A stretch of 64,000 nt of DNA, taken from NCBI GenBank assembly GCA_034406555.1, contig DASCRM010000077.1, positions 10,911 to 74,910 of the forward strand, given 5' to 3'. Below the pieces are notes generated by a model. The model was not told the DNA's origin. It saw nothing but the letters and a program-made list of their open reading frames with translations, and searched no databases. Source of the stretch: Dehalococcoidia bacterium. Lineage in GTDB: Bacteria > Chloroflexota > Dehalococcoidia > UBA2979. Shown here in pieces: positions 1 to 10,093 of this stretch (position 1 is its first letter; every line of letters starts with the position of its first letter). The translations under genes were made by a program, and so were the position numbers.

Positions 1-35
1 TACTCACTCAGCCGGACGCGGACGGCCTCTCGAAG

Positions 36-956
36 GTGAACCTGGAGGCGCTCGGCGCGGCCAGTGCGCTCGCCTCGCTGCTAGACAGCGAACTCGTCTG
101 CGCCGTGATCGGCAGCGACGTTGTGGCGGCCGCAGGCGAGGCCGCGGAGCGCGGCGCTGCCCGCGTACTGACCGTCGACGACGAAGCGTTCGCCCGCGCA
201 GCGGGTGACGTCGCCGTCGCTGCCGCCGCCGCCGCGATCGAGGCGGCCGGCGCGAGCCACGTGGTGCTGGGCCGCGGCGCGGACGTGCTTGAGCTCCTCC
301 CTCGGCTCGCCACCCGGCTCAGGGGTGCCTGCCTGATGGGCGTCACGGAGTTCCGCAAAGACAGCGACGATGTGTTGCTCGTGGCGACGATCTTCGGCGG
401 CGCGGCGCGCGGTGTCTTCCGCCTGAGCGGCGCCGGCCCTCGCATCCTCAGTCCTGCACCGGCGATGGCGCCCGCCCCTGACCGCGAGGCCGGGCGAAGC
501 GTCGACGTGGAGGCACTGGCCGTGCCAGCCGTCGCGGACCGCGTCACCGTCGAACAGCCGCCCGAGGCCGCAGAGGGCCCGCGACTGGAGGACGCGAACG
601 TGGTCGTCAGCGGCGGGCGCGGGCTGAAGGAGAGCGATAACTACCAACTCGTGCGCGACCTCGCTGAGACGCTCGGCGGGATGGCGGGCGCGTCACGCGC
701 GATCGTCGACGATGGTTGGGTGACGGCGGTGCAGCAGGTCGGTCTGACCGGCAAGATCGTGACGCCCGACCTCTACGTCGCGGCCGGCATCTCCGGGGCG
801 AGCCAGCACATGGCGGGCTGCGCGAACGCGCGCGTGATCGTGGCGATCAACACCGATGAGCAGGCGCCGATCTTCAAGTACGCGCACTACGGCATCGTCG
901 ATGACGCGCTTGAGGTGATGCCGGAGCTGATCCGGCTGGCACGCGAGGCGCGGTGA
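36..956 (+). CDS. etfA: Electron transfer flavoprotein alpha subunit (EtfA/FixB-like); GTG start, may begin slightly upstream
   Basis: The translation shows ETF-alpha hallmarks: an N-terminal domain, then the C-terminal FAD-binding region ('VVVSGGRG...YVAAGISGASQHMAGCANARVIVAINTDEQAPIF'). It sits in a cluster with an acyl-CoA dehydrogenase and CoA-transferases. Confidence 0.8.
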   Translation: MNLEALGAASALASLLDSELVCAVIGSDVVAAAGEAAERGAARVLTVDDEAFARAAGDVAVAAAAAAIEAAGASHVVLGRGADVLELLPRLATRLRGACLMGVTEFRKDSDDVLLVATIFGGAARGVFRLSGAGPRILSPAPAMAPAPDREAGRSVDVEALAVPAVADRVTVEQPPEAAEGPRLEDANVVVSGGRGLKESDNYQLVRDLAETLGGMAGASRAIVDDGWVTAVQQVGLTGKIVTPDLYVAAGISGASQHMAGCANARVIVAINTDEQAPIFKYAHYGIVDDALEVMPELIRLAREAR

Positions 957-1684
957 GGCGACCGCCCCCCCAGCTCAGCCGCGAACACCCGGCGCTGATG
1001 GCCGATTCCGCCCGCAGCCGTCTACGTCTGATCGACCCCGCGACGCTGATCGACCCGGCCTCGCTGCGGCCGCCCGGCGGCGCGGTCTTCGACATGCACA
1101 CGCACAGCTCCGACCGTTCGTTCGACTCCGGGGCACGCGCCGAGGTGCTGGCCGAACAGGCCGCGCTGCGCGGGCTCGATGGCTTCGTGCTTACGGAGCA
1201 CAACTCGCTCTGGGCGGACTCCGACGTGCGCCGCCTCAGTGAAGCCTTCGAGGTGACGGTGTTGCGCGGGATGGAGCTGGGCACCGACATCGGCCACGTG
1301 CTGGTCTACGGCCTCGACCGCTACGCCCCCGAGCTGTTGCTGATCACACGCCTGCGCGAGATCGTGTGTAGCGAGGGCGCGGCGATGGTGCTGGCCCATC
1401 CGATGCGGGCACATAACGGACGCCACCCGAGCTGGTCCGATCTGCCCTACTGGTTCGAGGCGATCGAGGCGGTCAACGGCGACAACTCCGACAGCACGGA
1501 CGGCTACTACATGCGACTGGCGGCTGACAACGGTGTCGCCACCGTCGGCGGCAGCGACGCCCACAGCCGCGAGGCGATCGGCCGCGTGGCGACCGCCTTC
1601 CCCGAGCCGATCACCGAGGTCGCCGACCTGGTACAACTGCTCGTCGATGGCCGCGCCGAAGCGGTGGACATGCGGCCCGTCTAG
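953..1684 (+). CDS. PHP-domain metal-dependent phosphoesterase
   Basis: His-rich PHP motifs are present ('FDMHTHSSDRS', 'VLTEHNS', 'LAHPMR', 'GGSDAHS'). It overlaps the etfA stop by 4 nt and ends in TAG. Confidence 0.7.
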   Translation: MRRPPPQLSREHPALMADSARSRLRLIDPATLIDPASLRPPGGAVFDMHTHSSDRSFDSGARAEVLAEQAALRGLDGFVLTEHNSLWADSDVRRLSEAFEVTVLRGMELGTDIGHVLVYGLDRYAPELLLITRLREIVCSEGAAMVLAHPMRAHNGRHPSWSDLPYWFEAIEAVNGDNSDSTDGYYMRLAADNGVATVGGSDAHSREAIGRVATAFPEPITEVADLVQLLVDGRAEAVDMRPV

Positions 1685-1790
1685 GCGCCGCAGGCGCACG
1701 TAACGATCTGGTAGCCCAGTTGTCTTAGCGAGCGAGAGCCAGCGCAATCCAGTCGAGCGCGCGAGAACGAACTCGGTCATCAGACTCCAG

Positions 1791-1878
1791 TTTCGGGGTG
1801 CGGGGGCGAAGCCCCCACGTTCCACGGGCGGGTGGGTGGGTTCCATCCAGAAGAGACAGCGCGGAGAAGCCGCCCGAC
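1791..1878. repeat. Copy A of a ~90-bp GC-rich intergenic repeat family containing the hairpin core 'cgggggcgaagcccccacg' and the 'gggcgggtgggtggg...ccatccagaa' block
   Basis: Seen directly in the sequence. It is highly similar to the elements at ~41946-42030 (same orientation) and ~20207-20276 (rearranged/palindromic). It lies between two convergent genes. Confidence 0.55.
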
Positions 1879-3126
1879 TTAGACGATCCGTTGCTCCTGA
1901 AGCGCGGCCAAGTCGTCGGCACCGAGGCCCAGCAGCTCGCGGAAGACGTAGTCGTTGTGGCCGCCCTTGATCGGGCTGGGGCCGGAGATCTCCGCGGGGG
2001 TGCGCGTCAGCTTCCATGGCACGCCGTGATAGAGCTGGTCGATGCTGAGTTCGGCGTCCGGTCCCATGCGCACGCCCGTCGTGCGTAGCGCATCGTAGTT
2101 CGCGTCGGCGGCGAGGTCGGGCGGGCCCATCACCGGGTAGGCTGCGACACGCGCCTGCTGCAACTGCTGCGTCAGCTCGAAGGCATCGTGCTGCACCGTC
2201 CACGTCTCGATCGCGGCATCGAGTTCGTCCTGATGCGCCAGCCGTCCCTCTAACGTCGCGAAGCGTGCGTTGGCGAGGCCGCCCGGCCCATACGACGCCG
2301 CATCGCCGGAGACATGTAGCAGCGCCGCCCACTCCTCGTCATTACGCACCACGATCGAGAGCCAGCGGTCGTCGCCGGCAGCACGGTAGATGCCGTGGGG
2401 GGCGACGCCGGGGTAGCGATTCTGCTGTAGCCCGGCGACGCGACCGTTCATCTGGTAATCCATCAGCGGCTCCGCGATGCGCTGCATCGTCGCCTCGCCC
2501 TGTGCCATGTCGATGTACTGGCCACGACCTGTGCGGTCGCGATACTCCAGCGCCGCGAGCACCGCGACGAAGGCGTGACCCGCCGCGGTCGGGTCGAGGT
2601 CGGCGGTGTCCTCCCGCGGCTGCGGATCATCGAGATAGCCGAGCAGGCTCTTGATGCCGTAGAGCGCGGCCAGCGAGGGGCCGTAGGTGCGCAGGTCGCG
2701 CCACGGTCCGGGCGTGCCGCCGGTCGCCGAGAGCGAGGCCATGATCAGCCGCGGATTAACCTCGCTCAGCGCCTCGTAGCCGAGCCCGAGCGACTTCATC
2801 ACGTTCGCGGAGAAGTTCTCGATCACCACGTCGCTGATGGCGATCAGCGAGTGGTAGAGCTCCCTGCCCTGTTCGCCCGCGAGGTCGATCGTGATGCCCA
2901 GCTTGCCGCGGTCGTAGTCGTGGTAGCGGCGCGGGTCGTGCGCGTCCATCTCGCTGCGGGCGGGCATGCCACCCATCACGATCCCGGATGCACGGTCTGG
3001 CGCCTCGACTTTGATCACCTCCGCGCCCGCCTCCGAGAGGCTGCGGCCGAGCAGCGGCCCCGCCCAGACGTGCCCGTGGTCGAGCACGCGCAGCCCGGCG
3101 AGCGGCGGAGGCGGCTGCTCGCTCAC
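1879..3126 (-). CDS. Family III CoA-transferase (CaiB/BaiF)
   Basis: N-terminal 'LAGLRVLD...GPLLGRSLSEAGAEVIKVE' motif, a conserved Asp-containing core, and 'LLGEHN' near the C-terminus. The ORF-table N-terminus is an Arg/Gly-rich artefact, so the true start is probably near VSEQPPPP. Stop is TAA. Confidence 0.8.
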   Translation of the reverse strand: MSEQPPPPLAGLRVLDHGHVWAGPLLGRSLSEAGAEVIKVEAPDRASGIVMGGMPARSEMDAHDPRRYHDYDRGKLGITIDLAGEQGRELYHSLIAISDVVIENFSANVMKSLGLGYEALSEVNPRLIMASLSATGGTPGPWRDLRTYGPSLAALYGIKSLLGYLDDPQPREDTADLDPTAAGHAFVAVLAALEYRDRTGRGQYIDMAQGEATMQRIAEPLMDYQMNGRVAGLQQNRYPGVAPHGIYRAAGDDRWLSIVVRNDEEWAALLHVSGDAASYGPGGLANARFATLEGRLAHQDELDAAIETWTVQHDAFELTQQLQQARVAAYPVMGPPDLAADANYDALRTTGVRMGPDAELSIDQLYHGVPWKLTRTPAEISGPSPIKGGHNDYVFRELLGLGADDLAALQEQRIV

Positions 3127-4340
3127 GACGCCACCACCCCGGTAACAACCAGCCGTGCCAGCTCCATTGCCCCGAGGCCCAGCTCCCCTACAAGCACCTC
3201 GGCGTTGTGCTCGCCGAGCAGCGGAGGTGGTCGCCGCAGCTCCCACGGGGTCTCGGAGAGGCGATACGGGGGGCCCAGCGTCTGGTATTCGCCGGCCTCC
3301 GCGTGGGTGATCGTTCGCCAGAAGTCGCGCCGCTTGAGGTGGTCGCTGTCTGCAACGACATCGAGCGAGTTGACCGGTTGGAAGGGCAGCCCGTGCTCCC
3401 GGAACAGCTCCGTCAGCTCGGCCGTCGTGCGCTCACGCATCCACGGATACCAGTTTGGGTCGATCTCGTCCGCCCATTGCCAGGCGGTCCAGCGCGCCTC
3501 CAGCCGCTCGTCAGCGGCCCACGGAGCGTCGGACTCGTCCATCAACTCGACGAAGCGCTGCCACTGGTCGTCGACCATCGTGATCACCTCGAAGTAGCCG
3601 TCTGCGGATGGCGTCACCTGCCATGGGTAGAAGGCTTCCATGTGCGTTCCGGCTCGCGAGCGCAGCTGGCCACTGAGCACGAAGCCCGGCAACGCCGAAC
3701 CCGCGAGGTAGGAGCCGACCACCTCCACGATCGAGACCCAGGCGTGTTGGCCCTCGCCACTGCTGCGGCGCGCACGCAGCGCCAGCAGCGCGGCAGCCGC
3801 GCCGTGGATGCCGCCCTGGAAGTCGGCGGCGCAATAGGGGATCCAGAGCGGCGAACGGCCCGGATCGCCGATGCGCATGGAGATGCCGGAGGCCGCCGTC
3901 GCGGTCAGGGCGTGCCCCTTCCAGTCGCGATACAGCGTGTCGTAGCCAAAGACGGTGATCGATGACATCACCAGCTCCGCGTGGTCCTCCGAGAGCGTCT
4001 CGTAGTCGAGGCCGTGCGCCTCCAGTTCCGCGGGTGGCAGGTTGTGGATCACGATGTCTGCCTGTTGCGCCAGTCGACGGCAGAGCGCGGCTCCCTCAGG
4101 CTGCTCGATATCGAGCGTGACTGAGCGCTTGTTGGCGTTCAGGAAAAGGTAGAGGCCGCTGCGTTCGTCGTGCGGCTCGTCAGCCGGGAAGGGCCCATGA
4201 CGACGGCTGTTGTCGCCAGCAGGTGGTTCAATTTTGATCACCTCGGCACCGAGATCGGCGAGCAGCTTCGACGCATACGCGGCGGAGATGAAGTCACCCA
4301 GTTCGAGAACCTTCAGGCCCTCAAGCGCTCGTTCCGGCAT
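3123..4340 (-). CDS. Family III CoA-transferase (CaiB/BaiF)
   Basis: 'LEGLKVLELGDFISAAYASKLLADLGAEVIKIE' ... 'LLGEHNAEVL'. The likely start is at MPERALEG. It overlaps the preceding CoA-transferase gene by a few nt. Confidence 0.8.
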   Translation of the reverse strand: MPERALEGLKVLELGDFISAAYASKLLADLGAEVIKIEPPAGDNSRRHGPFPADEPHDERSGLYLFLNANKRSVTLDIEQPEGAALCRRLAQQADIVIHNLPPAELEAHGLDYETLSEDHAELVMSSITVFGYDTLYRDWKGHALTATAASGISMRIGDPGRSPLWIPYCAADFQGGIHGAAAALLALRARRSSGEGQHAWVSIVEVVGSYLAGSALPGFVLSGQLRSRAGTHMEAFYPWQVTPSADGYFEVITMVDDQWQRFVELMDESDAPWAADERLEARWTAWQWADEIDPNWYPWMRERTTAELTELFREHGLPFQPVNSLDVVADSDHLKRRDFWRTITHAEAGEYQTLGPPYRLSETPWELRRPPPLLGEHNAEVLVGELGLGAMELARLVVTGVVAS

Positions 4341-4535
4341 CAGCCCCCTCCGGCCAGCGAGCCGCGGAATCTGTCCCGCGACTTCATCAGCCACGCGCAC
4401 TCTACCTCGCCCGGCCGTCAGTGAGCGGCTACTCCTGTCCGTCAGGAGTCAGAAATCGGTTTGTACCTCAACTATTCAGTACGGTAGATTGCTTCCGCTC
4501 GGCATGTTTGATACCAACGCTTCCGACGGGGGAAC

Positions 4536-5616
4536 AATGACAACGAACCGATGGTTGAAGTTTGCGATTGTGGCTGTTGCCGCATTCGGACTGATCTTCA
4601 TCGCATGCACCGATGATGACGACAACAGCGACTTCGGGGGCAGCGGCATTCTGCAGACCGTGCTCGACCGTGGCGAACTGAATTGTGGCGTCAAAGAGAC
4701 TCAGCCGGGCTTCGGCTTCCTCTCGCCCGACGGCACCCGCTCAGGTAACGACGTCGAGTTCTGCCGCGCGGTAGCGGCTGCGGTACTCGGTAACGCCAAC
4801 TCGGTCGTGTTCGTGCCCGCAAGCGCACAGGACCGCTTCGAGTTGCTCGCCGCCGGCGAGATCGACGTCCTGATCCGGACGACGACATGGACCGCCAGCC
4901 GGGACGCAGACCTGAAGGGTGACTTTGTCACCACGACGTTCTACGACGGTCAGGGCATGATGGTGAAGGCCGATTCCGGCATCAGCACCCTGGCGGATCT
5001 GTCCGGGGCGACAATCTGCGTCACCTCTGGTACGACGACCGAGGGCAACCTGGACGACGTGTTCACGGCGCAGGGCTTCTCCTACACGCCGCTCTCGTTC
5101 GAGAACGACCCGGAGATCCAGGCAGCCTTCATTGAAGGCCGCTGTGACGGCTGGACCGCCGACAAGTCCAACCTTGCCGGCCAGCGCGCGCAGTTCCCGG
5201 ACAGCGCTGGTGGCTCCGCCGCCCTCACCATCCTAGGTGAAACGATGTCCAAAGAGCCGCTGGGTCCGGTTACGCCGGACGGCGACTCGCAGTGGAACGA
5301 CGTCGTGCAATGGATCGTCTTCGGGATGATTCAGGCCGACGAGTTCGGCATTACGAGCGAGAACGTTGGTTCACACGTCGCCAACCCGGCGAACCGCAAC
5401 GTCGCGCGTCTGCTCGGCGTCGGCTTTGACGGCAACGCGGCAGAGGACTTCGGTCTCGGCATTCCGGTCGACTTCATGCAGAAGGTGCTCCAGCAAGTGG
5501 GTAACTTCGATGAGGTCTACCAGCGCACGCTGACGCCGATCGGTCTCGGTCGCGAAGGCTCGCTCAACGCTTCATGGCTCAATGGTGGCGCGATCTTCGC
5601 CCCGCCGATGAGGTAA
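4536..5616 (+). CDS. General L-amino-acid ABC transporter substrate-binding lipoprotein (AapJ/BztA-like)
   Basis: Signal peptide with a lipobox ('GLIFIAC'), followed by a type-3 SBP fold sequence. It is followed by two permeases and an ATPase. The ORF-table 5' extension is spurious, and a Shine-Dalgarno-like 'gggggaaca' precedes the ATG at 4536. Confidence 0.8.
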
Positions 5617-5696
5617 CGAAGATCAACGACTATTGAAGATGGCCCCGGCGCGATGCCGGGGCCATCTTTGTAGCCGAGCCTTGAAGGGCGACGATC

Positions 5697-6872
5697 ATGG
5701 CGGCTGCTGAACCGGCTCGTGGGGGGCGCTTCCTGCGCAGCCGTCGGTCGCGCTCGCTCGCGATCCAGGCCGGCTTCTCAGTGCTGCTGCTGCTGCTGCT
5801 CTGGTACGTGGTCGACCGCGCATCGCAACTTGAGCTCGACTTTGATTTCCTCAACGGCCCCGCCGGTTTCGCGATCAGTCACACATGGTTGATCGAGTTC
5901 GACAGCAGCGACAGCCGCATCGCCGCCTACCTCGTTGCCGTCACCAACACGCTGCGGCTGATCCTGGTCGGCATCCTGCTGGCGACGGTGATCGGGGTGC
6001 TGGCGGGCGTCGCGCGGCTCTCCGACAACTGGCTCGTCTCCCGCATCGCCGCGGTCTACGTCGAAGTCGTGCGCAACACGCCGCTGCTGGTGCAGATCGT
6101 CTTCTGGTACACGGCGATCTTCCTCAAGCTGCCGCGCATCGAGGATGAGCGCAGCCTCTTCGGCTTCGCGTACCTTTCCAACCGCTCGCTCGCGCTGCCG
6201 TGGCCGGAACCACGAGGCGACTTCTTCCTGCTGTGGGTGGCGGTGGTCGCGATTGCAACGGTGCCCGCCTACCTCGTACGTCGCCGGCGGGCTCGCCGCG
6301 AGGCCGCAACGGGGCAGACGACGCGGCCGAACCTTTACGCTGTCGCCGTGTTCCTCGGCGTCGCGCTCGTCGCCTACCTCGCGCTGGGGCTGCCGGTCGA
6401 AATCGGTACGCCGACGATCGTGCGGCAGGAGTTCACGCAGTCGTACGTCGGCGGGCTCTCGATCACGCCTGAGTTCGCGGCGATGCTGTTCGCGCTGGTG
6501 GCTTACACCGGCTCGTTCATCGCCGAGATCGTACGCGGGAGCATCCAGGCGCTACCGCGCGGCCAGGGCGAGGCGGCGATGGCAATCGGCCTCACCGGGT
6601 ATCAGCGCACCACACTGGTGATCCTGCCGCAGGCGCTGCGTTCGATGATCCCATCGCTCACGAACGAGTATCTCAACCTCACGAAGAACTCCAGTCTGGC
6701 GGCGGCGATCGCCTACGCCGACCTCTTCCAGATCAGCGAGATCATCATCAACAAGGCCGGGCACGCGGTCGTGATGTTCATGGTCGTGATCGCGACCTAC
6801 CAGATCATGAGCTTCGCGATCTCTGGCGTGATGAGTTACATCAACCGCCGCGTCCAGTTGGTGGGTAGCTGA
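5697..6872 (+). CDS. Amino-acid ABC transporter permease (AapQ/BztB-like)
   Basis: Multi-TM protein with the EAA-like permease motif region ('GSFIAEIVRGSIQALPRGQGEAAMAIGLT..'). Confidence 0.8.
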   Translation: MAAAEPARGGRFLRSRRSRSLAIQAGFSVLLLLLLWYVVDRASQLELDFDFLNGPAGFAISHTWLIEFDSSDSRIAAYLVAVTNTLRLILVGILLATVIGVLAGVARLSDNWLVSRIAAVYVEVVRNTPLLVQIVFWYTAIFLKLPRIEDERSLFGFAYLSNRSLALPWPEPRGDFFLLWVAVVAIATVPAYLVRRRRARREAATGQTTRPNLYAVAVFLGVALVAYLALGLPVEIGTPTIVRQEFTQSYVGGLSITPEFAAMLFALVAYTGSFIAEIVRGSIQALPRGQGEAAMAIGLTGYQRTTLVILPQALRSMIPSLTNEYLNLTKNSSLAAAIAYADLFQISEIIINKAGHAVVMFMVVIATYQIMSFAISGVMSYINRRVQLVGS

Positions 6873-8059
6873 TGGTCGCCGCAGGGACCGCCCGGCGGCG
6901 CGGAGGCGCAACGAAGTGGGTGCGCAGCAACCTCTTCAGCAGCCGTGCGAACGGCGCGCTGACGATCGTGACCGTCACGCTGGCACTGGCCATCGTCTAC
7001 AGCCTCGGCAACTTCGTCTTCGTCTCGGCCGAGTGGGAGAGCGTGGACGTGAACCGCCGCCTGCTCTTCCTCGCTATCTACCCGTCCGGCGAGGAGTGGC
7101 GGCTGTGGCCGCCGGTGATGCTGTTCGCCACGGTTGCCGGGCTCGGCTACGGGCTGTGGAGCCGTGCGGGCATCCGCGAGTACGTGATCGGCGCGGGTAC
7201 GGCGGCCTTCGTGTTCCTGTTCCTGGTCGAAGGCAACACCGCCCTGCTCACCGCCGTCATGGTCGGCGTCGCGATCGCCAGCTACCTCGGCGGTCGCAGG
7301 GCGCGAGATTCAAGGACCGACACGAGTGCCCGTCGCGTCGCGATCGGTGGCGGCGTTGCAATCATTCCGTTCGCGCTACTGATACTGAACATCGGTGATG
7401 GGATGCGCACGACGGCGTGGGGCGGCGTGATGCTGAACCTGATGCTGGCGACAGTCGGCATCGGCGCCGGTTTCCCGCTCGGCGTGTTGCTGGCCCTCGG
7501 TCGCAGCAGTTCGCTGAAGGTGATCTCGTTCGCCTGCACCGGATTCATCGAGTTTGTGCGAGCCGGTCCGCTGATCCTCTGGCTGGCGATGGCACGCTTC
7601 GTGCTGCCGGACTTCCTGCCCTCGGTCGGCGGGCTGGACGATGTCAGCCTCGTGGTGCGGGCGATGATGGTGATGGCGGGGTTCTCGGCCGCGTACATCG
7701 CCGAGGTCGTGCGTGGCGGCCTGCAGACGATTCCACGAGGGCAGCACGAAGCCTCCGACGCGATCGGCCTGAGTACGTTCCAGTCGACGTGGTTCATCGT
7801 GCTGCCGCAGGCGCTGCGTTCCGTGATTCCCGCGCTGGTGAACCGCTTCGTCAGCCTCTGGAAAGACACCTCGTTGGTGGTCGTGCTGGGCTTCGTCGAC
7901 TTGCTCGGCGCCGCACGCGCGATCCCCGCACAACCGGACTTCGTCGGTCGCCAGGCGGAGGCGCTGCTCTTCGCCGCGCTGATCTTCTGGTCCGTCTCGT
8001 TCACGATGTCGCGATTAAGCGCCCGCATCGAGCGTCAGCTCGGCGTCGGCGTACGCTAG
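6872..8059 (+). CDS. Amino-acid ABC transporter permease (AapM/BztC-like)
   Basis: Multi-TM protein; the '[29 protein letters not shown]' motif is present. It overlaps the previous stop codon. Confidence 0.8.
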   Translation: MVAAGTARRRGGATKWVRSNLFSSRANGALTIVTVTLALAIVYSLGNFVFVSAEWESVDVNRRLLFLAIYPSGEEWRLWPPVMLFATVAGLGYGLWSRAGIREYVIGAGTAAFVFLFLVEGNTALLTAVMVGVAIASYLGGRRARDSRTDTSARRVAIGGGVAIIPFALLILNIGDGMRTTAWGGVMLNLMLATVGIGAGFPLGVLLALGRSSSLKVISFACTGFIEFVRAGPLILWLAMARFVLPDFLPSVGGLDDVSLVVRAMMVMAGFSAAYIAEVVRGGLQTIPRGQHEASDAIGLSTFQSTWFIVLPQALRSVIPALVNRFVSLWKDTSLVVVLGFVDLLGAARAIPAQPDFVGRQAEALLFAALIFWSVSFTMSRLSARIERQLGVGVR

Positions 8060-8073
8060 CTCAGGAGCCCGCT

Positions 8074-8820
8074 ATGACCTCTCAAACGCCAGGCGACATG
8101 ATCGTCGTCGAGCACATCTCGAAGTGGTTCGGCGACTTCCAGGCGCTCGACGACGTCAGCACCACGGTGAAGGAGCGAGAAGTGGTCGTCGCGTTCGGCC
8201 CCTCCGGCTCCGGCAAGTCGACCTTCATTCGCACCCTCAACCGGCTGGAGGAGCACGACGAGGGCCGCATTCTGATCGACGGCATCGAGCTGACCGACGA
8301 CCTGGACAACCTAGAGGCGATCCGCTCCGAGGTCGGCATGGTCTTCCAGCAGTTCAATCTCTTCCCGCACGTGACCGTGCAGCGCAACATCACGCTCGGC
8401 CCTCAGAAGGTGCGCCACCTGCCGGAGGCGGAGGCGAACGAGCTGGCGACGCAGTTGCTGGAACGCGTCGGCATTCCGGAACAGGCGGACAAGTTCCCGG
8501 CGCAGCTCTCCGGCGGCCAGCAGCAGCGCGTCGCGATCGCGCGCGCTCTCGCGATGCAGCCGAAGATCATGCTCTTCGACGAGCCCACCTCGGCGCTCGA
8601 CCCGGAGATGATCAAGGAGGTGCTGGACGTGATGCGCGAGCTCGCTGAGTCCGGCATGACGATGATCGTGGTGACGCACGAGATGGGCTTCGCCCGCGAG
8701 GTCGCCGACCGCTTCCTCTTCTTCGACGACGGTCAAATCGTCGAGGAAGGCACGCCCGAGCACTTCTTCGAGAACCCGGAGGAGGAGCGCACCAAGCTCT
8801 TCCTCTCACAGATCCTCTAG
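8074..8820 (+). CDS. Polar amino-acid ABC transporter ATP-binding protein (AapP/GlnQ-like)
   Basis: Walker A 'GPSGSGKST', signature '[15 protein letters not shown]' and Walker B '[11 protein letters not shown]'. The true ATG is at 8074; the ORF-table N-terminus is antisense noise. Confidence 0.9.
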   Translation: MTSQTPGDMIVVEHISKWFGDFQALDDVSTTVKEREVVVAFGPSGSGKSTFIRTLNRLEEHDEGRILIDGIELTDDLDNLEAIRSEVGMVFQQFNLFPHVTVQRNITLGPQKVRHLPEAEANELATQLLERVGIPEQADKFPAQLSGGQQQRVAIARALAMQPKIMLFDEPTSALDPEMIKEVLDVMRELAESGMTMIVVTHEMGFAREVADRFLFFDDGQIVEEGTPEHFFENPEEERTKLFLSQIL

Positions 8821-8834
8821 CCCCCGAAGGGGGC
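8820..8834 (+). terminator. GC hairpin 'gcccccgaagggggc' immediately after the ABC ATPase stop, between convergent genes
   Basis: Perfect 6-bp stem with a GAAG loop seen in the sequence; there is no U-tract. Confidence 0.4.
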
Positions 8835-8860
8835 TGCATAGCTGGTCGGCGTCCAGCACC

Positions 8861-10093
8861 TCAGTCCAGCGCGCCTGCCTCGGCATACTTCGCAATCTCG
8901 TCCGCGCTGAGGCCCACGACCTCAGTCAGCACGTCGTAGGTGTCGGCACCCAGTAGCGGCGCGAGCCGCGTCTGCGCCGGGTTGCGCTGCGTGTGCACCG
9001 GGTTGCGATGCACGAGGAACTCCCGTCCGACGGGGTGGTCGAGCTTTGCGAAGTGGTTCGGCCCGAGTGTGGGGTCGACGCGCACCATCTCCTCGATGTT
9101 CTGGAACGGCCCGGCCGGCACCCCCGCCTGCTGTAGCGTCTCGGCCAGCGCCTGCCTGTCGTCCCAGCCGAGGATCCAGCGCTCGATCAACGCGTCGAGA
9201 TCATCCTCGTGCGCACGCCTGCCCTCGGCCGTCGCGAAATCGGGGCGTTCGAGGTCGGGGTCGCCGATCAGCGCGACGAGCGCACGCCACTGCTCGTCCG
9301 TCTGCACAACGATCGCGCACCACGACTCGTCGCCTGCGCAGCGGTAGATGTTGTGCGGCACGGCCACGCTGTCGCGGTTGCCGATGCGCTCCGCCACCTC
9401 GTCGTTCGCCGTGTAGTGGAGGATCGATGCGCCCATCATCGATGCGGTTGCCTCGTACTGGCTGAGCTCGACGAACTGGCCCTCGCCAGTCGCCTCGCTG
9501 TGGTGCAGGGCGGCCATCACGGCAATCGCGGCGTGGAAGGGGTTGGCCGAGAAGTCGGGGAAGTGGTGACCGAACGGGAGGATTTCGGTGTCGGGATGCC
9601 CGGAGACTGACTTCAGACCACCAGCACCGGCGAAGGGGTCGCCAAAACCTTTCCAGTGCGAACGCGGCCCCTCCGTCTCCATCGTCGGCATGTGCACGAC
9701 GATGATCTTCGGGTTCAGATCCTTCGCGTCCTCGTAGGCCAGCCCCCAGCGCTTGAGGGCGGCCGGGGCGAGGTTGGAGCAGATCACGTCCGATTCGCGC
9801 ACGATCGCGTGCAGCAGCTCCAGCCCCTCGGCGGTGTTGAGGTTGAGCGTGCAGGAGCGTTTGCCGGCGTTGACGTCGTTGAAGTAGCCACTGGCGTCGG
9901 TGTTCGAATTGGCGTCGCCCGGCAGCTCGCCGTAGAGCCGCGCCGGATTCACCCTCGCGCCATCGATGCGGGATCGCGATTCGATGCGCACGACGTCCGC
10001 GCCAAAGTCGGCGAGCAGCCGCGAGGCGAGCGGGCCGGCGACGATGAACGAGAGGTCGACGATGCGTACGCCCTCCAGCGGCAGGCCCATCAC
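8861..10093 (-). CDS. Family III CoA-transferase (CaiB/BaiF)
   Basis: 'LEGVRIVDLSFIVAGPLASRLLADFGADVVRIES' ... 'LLGADTYDVL'. Confidence 0.8.
   Translation of the reverse strand: MMGLPLEGVRIVDLSFIVAGPLASRLLADFGADVVRIESRSRIDGARVNPARLYGELPGDANSNTDASGYFNDVNAGKRSCTLNLNTAEGLELLHAIVRESDVICSNLAPAALKRWGLAYEDAKDLNPKIIVVHMPTMETEGPRSHWKGFGDPFAGAGGLKSVSGHPDTEILPFGHHFPDFSANPFHAAIAVMAALHHSEATGEGQFVELSQYEATASMMGASILHYTANDEVAERIGNRDSVAVPHNIYRCAGDESWCAIVVQTDEQWRALVALIGDPDLERPDFATAEGRRAHEDDLDALIERWILGWDDRQALAETLQQAGVPAGPFQNIEEMVRVDPTLGPNHFAKLDHPVGREFLVHRNPVHTQRNPAQTRLAPLLGADTYDVLTEVVGLSADEIAKYAEAGALD

Noticed and set aside
1022-2332. 436-aa minus-strand ORF overlapping the PHP gene and the CoA-transferase
   Set aside because: It is a shadow ORF in a high-GC region (Arg/Gly/Pro-rich). 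Both underlying genes have clear family motifs in other frames.
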